Of a DNA stretch of 64,000 nucleotides, positions 51,185 through 62,912 are shown piece after piece. A program made the translations under genes and the position numbers. The stretch comes from Magallana gigas. Lineage: Eukaryota. Positions within the stretch are counted from its first letter, which is position 1. The number at the start of each line of letters is the position of its first letter. The DNA is taken from positions 18,166,001-18,230,000 of the forward strand of contig NC_088854.1 in NCBI RefSeq assembly GCF_963853765.1, written 5' to 3'. Under the pieces are notes generated by a model. The model worked only from the letters and a program-made list of their open reading frames with translations, was not told the origin of the DNA and ran no database searches.

Positions 51185-54100
51185 ATGGCCGCCACTGTTC
51201 CTGAAGGGGTTGTAGCAAATGGCATCTCTGCAGAAGACCCTGAACCGCCTTGTTCAAATGGAATAGGTGGCTGCAAAACAGACATTGATGATTTAAAATC
51301 CAAAACGGAAAGTCTGGTGAATGGGCTTTCAGAAAATCCTGTTTCAAATGGTTTTCACACTGACACTCCAGAAGTGAAAAATGACAGTGAAGCTAATGTA
51401 AACAGTGATGATAAAATGGAACTCAATAGTCCCATAGCTGAGGTCACTCCAGATTCCGGTGTTGACACAGGCAATGTAGAGTCAAAAGATGAAAAGGATG
51501 GGAAAGACAATAAAGATGCAAAAGAAGAAAATCCTTCAAGAGACAGTACGCCATTAAGTGATGTTAGTTCCCTGACCCCTGGAGTATCGAGAAGTGGTAC
51601 CCCCATATCCTCCCAAGACAAGACAGAGGATATCAAAATAGTGGATGTCAAAACAGAGGATGTCAAAACAGAGGATGTCAAAACAGAGCAATCTCTGCCT
51701 GTTTTGGCACAAGAGAAAGTCATGCGCAGCTCAGAAGAAAGGTCTATGGATTCTACTGACAGTGGGACTAGTAACAAGAGTTCTTCCTCTGTATTCAAAA
51801 ATAAAACAACTCCTAAAGCTAGAAAATCAGGCCCACCTGCCAAAAATATTCTCCCATCAGCCCTGGCGATAAAATCGTCTAGTTCTTCTGGAGAAAATGT
51901 TAAATTAAATTTACCCCAATTCAATAATGCTATTACTGTAGATAGTAAGTTTTTGGAGAAAATTAGTAAAATTTCCTCTGTAAAGCATGACATTAAACAT
52001 GAGAAAACCCATACTGTATTACCAATTGCCAAGGACAATGTGGAAAATGGAGGAGTTGAGCAGAAAATGAAAAAATCACGAGCATCATTACCTATTAATT
52101 CTCAACCAAAGGTAAAAGGTGAAGTTTCTGAGAAAACTGATGACACTCTCTCGGACTCATCATTACTTGAAAAAGATGCCTTTGGGAAAGTTAAGAAACG
52201 ATCAAAGAAACGAAGAAAAATGGGTGCTTATAAACTTCCAAGTGAAATTAAAAAGAAATTTGGTCCTAAAAAGAAGGATGGAGACACCAACAGTTTAAAA
52301 GATGAAAAAGAAGAAGATGATTCAAAGGTACATGTGAAAAGTGAAGAAAAGACCAGCCATGTTCAAATGTCCAAGAAGATGTCAAGTAGACAAGTGTCCA
52401 GTCCTGAAAATGGTCCACGAAGATCAGCATGGGACATGATGAAATCCCCCAGGGTGACCCCAAAGGGCAAAAATACTCTTGGTAGTACGAGGCAAAAATT
52501 GACACCAAATTCAGACAAGTCAAAGGCTCAGACTTCATTAGATTCTTTTCTGAATCGATGTGATCAAAAATCTAGTCAGATTGAAACTCAGGTAAATTTT
52601 AACTCTTTACACCTGAAAGAAAATATCAGTAACAGAAGTTCTTTGATCAATTTTAGTTTACAAATTGGTATTTATAGTTGTCATGACTTGTTCATTTTTT
52701 AAATGCTCATTCATTGTTATTTATGGTTACCAGAATAAAGACATTTCTCTTGGTGGGTCTAAAGATAGAAGATTAGGTTTAAGGAAGAGGAAGAAGGAAG
52801 GTAAAGTTTGGCTTTGAAATAGGCCCATTCATTGTCTTTTGTCACCATTAAGCATGCTTGCCTATGTATGATGCAATATTTTATAAAGATGAGGATAATT
52901 TTATATTACAGATGACTTGAATAATGAGGATGACGATGAAGGAGTTAAAGACAAAAAAGAATCAGACACTTATGCAGGTAGGATATATCTGATGCAATAT
53001 CTTATTTAAAAAAAAACCCAGATATTGAAAGAAAACAAGTCAACAAATTAAGTTTAATTTCAGGTAATCGAAAGAAAAGGAAAGAGGAGACTATTACCAT
53101 AGTAACAGCCAGTCCATCCATGGCAGCCCCTGTAGGTTACCAGTCCTTACTAACCCCCCAAAAAGCAGGAAGCCTCATTGCCCCTGTTTTTAATACATCC
53201 GCATTACATTTTATCGCCACATCCAACGCCATCACTTCGTCGTCCCCCAAAGCAGCTACCACGGTCGTATCCTCCACCTTACTACCACAAAACTTCACCA
53301 ACATCGTTCCAAATATCAATGCTCCAACCTCAGTGTCTCCTGGCTCCACCAGCATGAGACTGCCCTTCACCAAGGCCAACTTTGTGACCACCGGTCACGC
53401 TCCATTGCTGCTGGTGCCAGTTAACACCAGCGGCCAGGTGGTGAATGCGGTTCCCATATCTACCTCACTCGGGGTAATGACCTCAACCATTCCAGGCCAG
53501 GGGTCACCTGGACAGAAGATCATTCTGTCTGTACCTGATCCAAAGTCAAATCCACCAAATAAGCTAGGAGGTTCCCCTCCAAGGTATATCTTAATGCAAA
53601 ATGTCGCCAGTAGTTTTGTACCCCGCTCCACCCTGGCATTAGGAACGCCTGTGCGGCCTCAACTTCTGAGTTCCCCCTCGGTCGTTCCACTTAACAAGTC
53701 TGCCACCTATTCTTCATCAGCAGCTAGGCCTAACTTTATGTATAGTAATCAGTCGTTTGGTGAAAAACCGTCTGTGATAAACAATCTTTCTAACAAACTT
53801 GATGCGGTGAACAAAAAAGACTTGGAGTCCATGGATGATGACCGGTCTGTCTCTCCCTCGCCCAGTAGTCTGAGTTACCCAGTTACACCCCCCAAAACTC
53901 CGGAGGATGGGAGCGAAGATTCCATGTCTGTCTCCTCGGTATGTAGCCCATTTGTTTTTCAGATTTTTTTTTTTTTAAGAATATAGCATAAAATTCTTTT
54001 AGGGGTTGTGAAAGAGTTAGGTTATCTGAATGTTTGAATGATTTTGAAGGGCTTAGATTTATTGAAGTCAAATTCCAGTTATATGATTAAGGATATCAAT

Positions 54101-57100
54101 ATCCAATGTGTGCTTTTACAAAATATGCTTGTAGAACAGCAAATCTTGCAATATAATGAATATTCTGACTAATATTTCCATTTATCAAATGCATTTTGAT
54201 CTTTTGAAATATAAGAATTAAGTGAACAAAGTATGAAAAGTTTGCCAAAAATAACCAAATTATGAAACCACTTTCTATTAACATGATTAAATCGATTCTG
54301 TTTTATGATTTAGAAATCTATTTTTGGCATTGCACAAGTTGTTCCTTGTTCATGACTGAAGTTTTAAGATTTATTTTCCTATAGCCACGTAATCATGGTA
54401 GTGCAACATTTATTGGGATTAGATATGTCCATGTAAGTGACAGAGCTGCAGAGACAGCTGTAGCCAGTCTTTCTCTCAGTATTGTGACTAGAGTGTAGTG
54501 GTTCTCTTTGGTTCATCCAATGGCTGCCTTTTTCCCATTTTAGTTTATTTACATCACATGCTTCTTTTTGTTGCTGTTCCAGTAGACCCATTATATATGA
54601 TGATTAGAATTATTGATGCTTCCTTCTTATTTACACTTTTGTTTATGATGCTCTGCAATATAATTTTTTTTTCTTCTTTTATTTTCATTCGGAGTCCACT
54701 GATTTATTTCTTTTCTTTATAATCTTGTATAGCATGGCTGTGATTTAGACACATGTATGCATGAATGAATACAGTATGTATCAAAAGTTGATGCCAGAAG
54801 TGATCTATATAAGACATTATGTTAAATAATGCTGACCTTTCATAAATACAGGTACATGTAGACTGTAGAGATATCAGTCTGACACACTGATAACAAGTGG
54901 ATATTTGTTTAAAGAATAACTTCTGAATTGTTTATGGATATATTAATACATCCCTTCTCATAGATAAAGTTTGATCATCTGTTCAAAAATTTCATGTTCT
55001 GAATTTTGTTTGATCATTTGAACCTGCTTAATTCTCAAACATACAATCAGATTGGTCATGACATTGGGAGTTGATGATTAAGGTTGAAAGGTCAAACTGC
55101 TGATTTTTTAGACCTCATGTTATCTTTTCAAGTTTGATATATTCCACTCAATCTTATATAAATGTTGTTATTCTTATAGAATTCTATTTAACATATGGAT
55201 CAACAGACATGGATAAAATCTTTTTTCTTTAAACCAATTTGTTGTAGAATTATGAAATACATTTGTAGCATAAAATAATACATGTTAGAAATTGATGTTG
55301 TGTGTTGGCATGTCATTGTACAGTACTTTTGTATTTGGCTCTTCAAATTTTGTATGGCATTTTAAGGGGGGAAATCATCTTCTTATCTGGAATCTCATAA
55401 TGGTTAAATTACAGCTTGAAGTACATGACATATACTTTCTGACTGTTAAACTTAAGCAAATGGGATATAAAGTCTTGCATTTTGTATACATCAGTCTTGT
55501 ATGACAGTTATATGTTATTGTTACAAGAATTTGGCGTTCATCTAAAATTATGTTTTGTCTTTGCAGGCTCCTCCAGGTCCTATTCCTCCAGACAAAGATG
55601 TGATTCCCTTGTGTTGTTGTAAAATTAATGGTGCTTGTTTCAAGAAGTTGGGATCTAGTGTTACATATTGTCAGGCACTGGATTCTGTGGATGGCAAGGT
55701 TAGAACCGATTGTATTCTGATAACATTTTGAAAACTTTTCCTCTGTATGACAATTAAAGTGCAACTTGAAAATTAAATTTCAGAACATTTTGTCTTACAA
55801 CTTAGTACATTTGTTGAATTAAAAGAAAAGTTCTCTTTAATACAAGAACACCTGTAAAAAATCTCGTTGGTATCCAAGATTATTCAAAAGTATAATTCTG
55901 AAAGTCTAGGAAGTTTGTGTTTATTTTGCCATAGGTCATGGGCTGTTGCAATAAGGTAACCAACTCTCAGTTGGTTCGACCAGGTGTTAAAATTCCATTT
56001 ATGGCCATTTGTGAGGCGCACAGGAAGAGACTAAAGCTTCATCAGTGTTGTCCAGGATGTGGACATTTCTGTACACAGGTAAGTGTTGGGTTTTTCTATG
56101 CCTGTCTCTTTTGGACTTACCAGAAAGCATTCCTGAAGTTAAGATTGTTGACACTTATCTTTGTCTAACTGGTCTCTAGGTATTTCAGAATATGGGAATC
56201 AAGTTTGCATAGTACCACAGTACTAATTTTTAAGATGTCGAGCTATGCTGGACAGTCTTCTAGCGATCATCCAGTCTGGCAAAAGTCCAGATTGTTCTTC
56301 TGGACCGCAATCTAAATTCGCTTAAAAAAGTTCCTTAAAAGTCTTAAAAATATCAAAATGTTTTTATTTTTTTTATCCATTAAATTGAATTGTGCACAAA
56401 AAACAACTGTATCTCCCTGGTTATTGATGACAACACATTGCAAAAGCATAAGTTTGCTTAATCAATGATATGTTGAAATCACCCAGAAGTGGGGTCACAA
56501 GGGGGGGGGGGCAAATTTGTACATATGAATATATTGACAAAAGTCTTTGAATATCTTCTTGTCAAAAACCATATAGCCAGACAAGCTGTTGCTTCTGTTG
56601 AAGCATCCTTAGGTAGTGTGGATTCAAATTTGTTTAAATTATGATCCTCATGGGTAAGGTGGAGCAACAATTAGGGAAGGTTGAATTCTTACATAGATGA
56701 TAGATATATAGAGGCCGTTTTTAAGCAAAAAATAAAAAAAAGTATAAATAGGTCGACTTCGAAGAATTGGTCAAAAAATTACCGCTAGTTTTAATGAATA
56801 AATGGTTTAAACCAATAATGTTATCATATAGTAGCCTTTAATCTTGTTTCACAGATTTAAACAAAAGGGAAATAAAACACATTTCTTAAAAACATCGTAA
56901 GAAAATGTCTGAAATTGCATCAAAATTTTCAAACCAAATAATTCAGTACGGCCTGGTTAATTTAAGATCGTTTTTTATTACTTCCCTGCCATGTGTACAA
57001 ACTGGTGTTAACCAGGGGATAGTAACCTAGCCTGGAGTCATGACTACGGTAGCACATGCCACCCTGTGTCTTTGTGTGACTTTTTACTGTGTATATACAC

Positions 57101-60100
57101 ACGAGTCAACCTCTGACCTTATCAAAGCCTGCGGGCATGAGTAGCACGTGCTGAGAGTTCAACTGTGTATAAACAAAGTAGGCGCTACCCAGACTGATTT
57201 CAGAGACACCTGGCTAAGATTTCATCAAGAGTTTTATTTTGAATATACAGAAAAAAACTTGTACTTGTATTCTATTATAAAAACAAATTGTTTTGTTTTT
57301 ATTTCTACCCAACGATATTTTTCCCCTGTAATTACCCTTTATACGGTTCTCATTTTACCTTTACCATGCGAAATAGATTTCTTGTTTATCGTAAGCACAC
57401 GATCAAAATGCATGACAGCATGTAATAATGATCGAAAGATGATTCAGTCAGCGATCTAAGTAAGAAATTTAAGAAGAAATAAATTTATTCACATTTAATT
57501 TGTTTAAATGATAAATTACTACAGTATATTGATTAAAATCCATACGATTTTTACACAGAAATTCAAACAGTATTATAGTAAACATTCATGATTTTATTGG
57601 AGGGTTTCATAAATTTTTTGCAAAATTTCATATCAAATTTTCCAACAAAAAAAAATTTGGGGTAGCACAAGAGGTTCAAAGGTTGATGTAGGTTTATATT
57701 TATATTAATAGTTGTTCTTCTTGAGAACTGCAATGCTCAGTATGTGTTATGACTGAAATCATCCAGTTACAAAAGGGGCTCAATGTTTAGCATAAGACAA
57801 TCTGAAGAAAATTTTGAAAATCTTTTTATGCAGGATCTGTTTTACTACATAGTTCAGATATTTTGAATATGACTCCATAAAACTGGTTTTATCATGGCTG
57901 TCCTTGCTCGTGTGAGCAACGTGGCCCATGGGCCTCTTGTTTATTCTGATATTATATGATATACAACAATTTGTTAAGAAATTCATATAGTGTCTATTCC
58001 AGCAAAGGTCAGCTCAACGCCTTTGTGACCATTTCGGCCTTTGATTAGTTGAGGTAGTGATTTTTATTGAGAGTTCATTAAAATCTTGTTATTGCAGGGT
58101 GCATTTGCTCAGTGTAGGAAGGTCCCTGAGGGCAGCAGTGGGGTCAAATGTCCGGTCCATCACTTCCACAAGCAGTGCCAGGTCCTGAGAAATGGCCGCT
58201 ACTTCTGTCCTCACTGTGGTGAGGAGTCAGAGCAGTTTGAGGTCACACTGCAGCTGGACGAACCTCGTAATATGACCAACTTTGAGGACAAGTACAATAA
58301 GCCTCAGTAAGTGACCGCTAGAATGTATCTTAGCCTTAGTATCTGAAAGCAAGATAGTGTGTTATATGTATATTTAAATGAGCTTTGAAAACAGATAGTT
58401 TGTTAAGATGTTTTGAATCGTGAACTTTTTCAGAGTCTCCCGAGCCAAGATGGGATTTCATTCCAATACTTATAAAAACTTTACGAAAGGGGACAAAGAC
58501 CCTTCAGAGGAAGAAGTTACTGCCACACACAAGGCACAGGACAAGACCATATCTACTGGTAATGGAGACCAGCATAAAGTCACTGTACCAGTATCTTTAG
58601 TGTCTTGTTCCATATTTATTTTCATGTGTTTAGTAGGGTTATCTTTCAATTCTGGCCATCTTCTTTTTTTCTCAAATCTCAATGTAGTTTGGAGAACTGG
58701 CTAGCATTTTCATGTACAAATGGTAGAACTGAGGACTATGCGTTAAAGCATATAATGTATTAAACCTTGTATATTCAATATTCTGTCAATAAATATGGAG
58801 ATATTGATAAACAGTTGTAATATGTTTCAGGCGGTCTCCCTATGGGTCCTGACAAGACAGCTCTAGAGAACGTCCTCTTGTCATTCTCTGAAGAAAGGTA
58901 CCTAATGGTTGTTCAAAAATGTTAAATAGATTTTTAAATTTTAATTTGATGCAATTCTGTTTTTTACATGTGTTTACTCTTCCAGACCAAGGCTAAAAAA
59001 GCTTCCCAAATTTCTCTATCATCCTGCTTATGAAGGGGACCTAGACAAATTTATGGCTATGATAGGTAAGTCCCTCTCGGCTTTACAATGTGTCTTAAGA
59101 ACCAAACAATTACAAGGCTTTGGTTTAAAGAAATATAATTTTTATTGTCGATGTAGCTGAAGGATTTGACATCAATGAGAAAATTGAGGACTTTGACAAC
59201 CAAACACCACTACATGCGGCCTGTATATCAGGAAGTCTACCTATTGTCCATGTCCTAGTTCAGGTGCAGTTGTCTCCCTTAATTACTCTTTCTTTCTTTC
59301 TCATCATCGATAGAAATATGATGTGAACTTAATATTGTCTTTGAACCATTTTGTAGATGGGATCATACATTCATGCAATAGACAAAGAATTGAAAACTCC
59401 ATTGATGTATGCTGCAGAAAATAATCACTTATCCATTGTTAAATATCTGATGAAATGTAAAGCCAATATCAAGCAAAGGGTAAGGAAATTGAACCTTCTA
59501 ATTGCATGCAATATAGATGAAAATCAAACATGCAAATCTTAAAATTGATATTCAACAAATTACTCATGCTTACAGTTTTGAATGTCTGTAATAGACGCAG
59601 TATGTCATTGAAAAATGTTTATTTAGTAAGAAATGGAATGATTGCATTATCAACAATGGCAATATATTAAGCGCCAGTTTTTGATTGTTTTTTTCTCAGG
59701 CTGAAGATGGTATGACAGTGTTACACTATGCAGCTAAAGCAGGTTATGTGGATGTTCTGATGACCTTGCTAGAATCGGATGACGCTGATGTTAATATGCA
59801 GGTCAGTGCTATAATTGGTAACAAGAGCATTGAAAAGACATAGAGGACAAGTATAAAACAAAGCTTTATATCAGATATTGAGATATGGTATAGTGTTGAG
59901 GTTTTGTTTGATGATTCTATAGGATGATGGTGGATGGACCCCCATTATCTGGGCATCAGAACACAGAATTGTTCCAGCTGTCAAGTTCTTGATCAAACAC
60001 GGCGCTGATCCCAACATGAAAGATAAGGTAGTATATTAGTTGTTAATATTAAATGTTATCAATTCTGTCAAAAAAAAATGAAAGGAAACACTCTTGATCT

Positions 60101-62231
60101 TTGAACAGATACATTTTCAAAGTTAAAATTGGAAGTTGTGAGACACTGCATGTTTAATATCAGATATCAAATTGATTAAGTTAAAACAAGAATGTTTTCT
60201 CTGTATTAGGAGGAGAACACCAGTCTTCACTGGGCGGCCTACTCTGGAAGTGTGGACATTGCGGAGATGTTCCTGAACGCTGGCTGTGATTTGGAAACTC
60301 CCAATGAACACGGAGACCGACCTCTGTAAGTAAACAATCCAAAATTCCAAACATTTCCCACACAATCCAATACCTTAACAAAACCTACACAGTCCAAAGT
60401 GTGGATATTTCCTATAGAATCCAACACCTGAATATTTCTCAAACAATTGAAAAAATTAAGAATTTCGTGAACAATCTAAAACAAGAAAATTTCTCACTCA
60501 CACTAGTAATATATTGGTACTGATACTTATGTTTGCTTTTATTTTGCAGGCATATTGCAGCTAGACAGGATCATTATGAATGTGTGGTGTAAGTGCCATG
60601 ATATTATCATACCATTATTTTTCTGGCAATTACGGCCCTTTTGAACTTAAAATTAGGTCCTTTTATTGAATATAGTAATTTACAGTTTATAAGTGCAACT
60701 TCTCTTAAACTACTTTTTATCTGATGAATATTTGTGATATGTGCTTTTTATCAAATTATTTTGTGTATTAAATGCATACCCTGCCATTCATTATGTGTAG
60801 CATTGTCGAGTAATGGTAGAGCATGGGGTATGTGAGCTTGCTCACTTTTTCTTTCATTAAACAGTTTTAATGTTTGTGTTGCATCTCTTTTATCAATTTC
60901 AATAGTTTCCTCACAAAAAATGTTGTCAATTTTTAGGCTGTTCTTAGCTCGTGGAGCTGATGTGGATGCCAAAAATAAAGAAAATGACACTCCGATAGAG
61001 GTACTGAGAGTTGTATCATGTACATACTGAAAGGATTTATATAAATGCTTAATTTTTTCTGTATGATTTCCTGCAACTTTGATATTATAGTGTTGCATTG
61101 ATGAAAACAGTCAGTCTGCTCTGGCTCTGAAGGTCAACAAACAGCTGAAGGGGTTTGCAGCCGCACGACTAGGTCGCACAGAGAGGCTTATAGACAGGCG
61201 AGTTGTTATTCATTCCTAGATCAATGCAATGGGACAGTTTTGTAATATTTTTGTTCGTTGGTGTGGTGTGAAAAAGTTCAGCTAGCGATTGGTTATGTTT
61301 GTTTTGATATAACAGAGATGTGCAATATCTTTCTTTGTTGGTATGATGCGAAGAAGTTCCGCTTTTGTTGAGTTGTGTACGTTTTGGTTTAACAGAGATG
61401 TGTCTAGAGGCCGTGAGAACATTCCTATGGCGGTTATAAATGGTGTGGATGATGATCCAGTGCCCACTGACTTTCAATATATAACAGAGAATGTTGAGAC
61501 CACCAACCTTAACATAAACCAAACCATCAGCAGTCTACAGGTACAGCTTCTGTCTAAAGCCTTTATGATTATGCTTCTAATTTTGTCAAATGTTCTCCAG
61601 CAGTTATGCTAGAATCTGGCCAAACATCTGACATAGCAAATCCACCTATTATACAATACTTTATATTGTATGCTGGGAGCAAATTTGCTTAGAGAAATGA
61701 TGAAACCGAGTCGAAATTCTGATTTCTTTATGAACCAGAGTTGTGCAAGTGTTTTGTCCATTTTTTCATCTTTAAGCCATATTGACTTAATAGGTTTGTA
61801 ATTCTAAAATGGACTCCTGCTGTCTGATTTGTTTCTCTTTTCCTTTTGTGCAGAGCTGTAGGTGCAGTGATGACTGTTCCTCTATGTATTGTGTGTGTGG
61901 CAGAAACAGTGTTAAATGCTGGTATGACAAGGTACGCAATAATTGTTATGAAACAGAACAAGAAAAATCTGGTGCAAACCGAGCCTCTATAATCCTCTTT
62001 CTGTACCAAAGAGAGGGATGCTTGCTTCAGACATATTCCATTTTCCTGTGGATTTTTTTATTTGATGTGATCAATGATATTAAGATAATTTTTTAGAAAA
62101 TTCATATTTGTACAGAATTACCACCTGCTGCCTGATTTCAATATGACGGAGCCGCCATTGATCTTTGAGTGTAATAAAGGCTGTCGCTGCTGGAGCACCT
62201 GTAACAACAGAGTGGTACAGAATGGAATCAC
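51185..62231 (+). CDS. EHMT1: Histone-lysine N-methyltransferase EHMT1/2 (GLP/G9a) homolog, 3'-partial: join(51185..52591,52734..52800,52912..52977,53064..53938,55567..55698,55935..56078,58098..58306,58434..58558,58831..58897,58986..59065,59157..59263,59357..59479,59700..59801,59923..60027,60210..60325,60550..60588,60937..61000,61091..61197,61396..61540,61854..61931,62116..62231)
   Basis: 21 phase-consistent exons (4274 nt). Domain order and sequence match human GLP as recalled: [14 protein letters not shown]...[24 protein letters not shown]...CPHCGEE, ankyrins ([32 protein letters not shown]), pre-SET ([11 protein letters not shown]...CRCSDDCSS...CWYDK...PPLIFECN...NRVVQNG). EHMT1 versus EHMT2 is not meaningful for a likely single invertebrate ortholog. 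Confidence 0.95.
56411..56700. mobile_element. Fragment of a common bivalve interspersed repeat (Helentron/HINE-like) in an EHMT intron
   Basis: aatatcttcttgtcaaaaacc...gaagcatccttaggtagtgtggattcaaatttgtttaaattatgatcc resembles oyster HINE/satellite-related units recalled from memory. Confidence 0.5.
57780..57942. mobile_element. HINE/Helentron-like terminus
   Basis: Ends gtgagcaacgtggcccatgggcctcttgttt, matching the recalled bivalve element end gtgagcgatgtggcccatgggcctcttgtt. Confidence 0.5.
58986..61197 (+). other. EHMT1: EHMT ankyrin-repeat region (10 exons)
   Basis: TPLHAAC, TPLMYAA, TVLHYAA, TPIIWAS, TSLHWAA, RPLHIAA, TPIEC. Confidence 0.92.
61396..62231 (+). other. EHMT1: EHMT pre-SET region (3 exons); SET domain outside the window
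   Basis: [19 protein letters not shown]; [26 protein letters not shown]; [35 protein letters not shown]. Confidence 0.92.
61635..61763 (+). pseudogene. Decayed box H/ACA snoRNA paralog (copy 0), in intron 61541-61853
   Basis: AGCAAAT-CCACC...GGG-AGCAA-ATTTGCT, H box AGAGAA, GATGAAAC..AATTCTGA..CCAGAGTT-GTGCAA..GTTTTGTC. The ACA position reads CCA and three guide elements carry substitutions. Confidence 0.7.
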
Positions 62232-62300
62232 GTAAGATCCTCCCTCTTGTTGTAAGATCTCAAAGTTTCAGGTATTCCTTCTCGTTTTTGTTAAAGTAAT

Positions 62301-62429
62301 AGGCAAATCCACCCCTTTTGAATTTTTATTATTCTAAAAGGGATCAAATTTGCCAAAAGGAATGCAGGAATTTAGTAGAAATTCTGATTTTCTCTGTGGA
62401 TCAGAGTTGTGGAATTGTTCCTGACACCT
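62301..62429 (+). ncRNA. Box H/ACA snoRNA, cluster copy 1
   Basis: Hairpin GGCAAAT/ATTTGCC; H box AAAGGA (62356-62361); hairpin CAGGAA/TTCCTG with upper stem AATTCTGA/TCAGAGTT; ACA at 62424-62426. Confidence 0.82.
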
Positions 62430-62912
62430 AGGATATGTTTAGAATATTAGTTTATTAGATATAGGTTTTCTTTGATATCTTGCTTATGAATGATCTTTTT
62501 TTAAAATGCCTCACATTTTAAGTGTTTTAAATACAGGGGCATATTTATGTACAGAACAATTTTCTCCTTCAGCAGGTTACTGTAATTTATCCGATTCTAC
62601 TTGGATAATGAAGGAGAAAAATTTACTCTAGTTTTCTCACATGGTACATGTATTGGTATTTTCTAAAAAGAAAGTATAAATGGCCCCTCTACTATAAATG
62701 GTTGTTCTTTACCCGACATGGACTTGTTTTACCTTTTATAATCAAACTCATGTGTGACGTTAAATAAATTCCATCAAACAAATTTAATGTGCAAATTCTA
62801 TCTTCCTTTAGTATCTGCTCACATTGGCAGTTTTTCCATCACTAGGGAGATTAGAAAATTGCCTCATATTTAAGGGGGAAAATACTGATCTTTTCAAATT
62901 CTTGATTGCAGA

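Larger units (their letters stand above)
55567..58306 (+). other. EHMT1: EHMT cysteine-rich region (exons 55567-55698, 55935-56078, 58098-58306)
   Basis: IPLCCCKIN...[17 protein letters not shown]...[17 protein letters not shown]...HHFHKQC...FCPHCGE. Confidence 0.9.

Noticed and set aside
52592-52702. C-terminal tail of track ORF 51185..52702 (likewise the tails of ORFs ending 53986, 56168, 58704, 59542, 61612 and 62096)
   Set aside because: Read-through into introns past clear GT donors; the spliced model keeps homology.
61697-61722. Apparent box C (ATGATGA) and box D (CTGA) pair
   Set aside because: Only 26 nt end to end, and it lies within hairpin 2 of the decayed H/ACA copy.
61970-62035. 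Hairpin followed by ACA in intron 61932-62115
   Set aside because: No room for a first hairpin between the exon end and the possible H box, and no similarity to the cluster.
62597-62608. CTACTTGGATAA, identical to a remembered 18S motif and complementary to the hairpin-2 guide
   Set aside because: A single 12-mer in AT-rich DNA with no flanking rRNA similarity; chance is sufficient.
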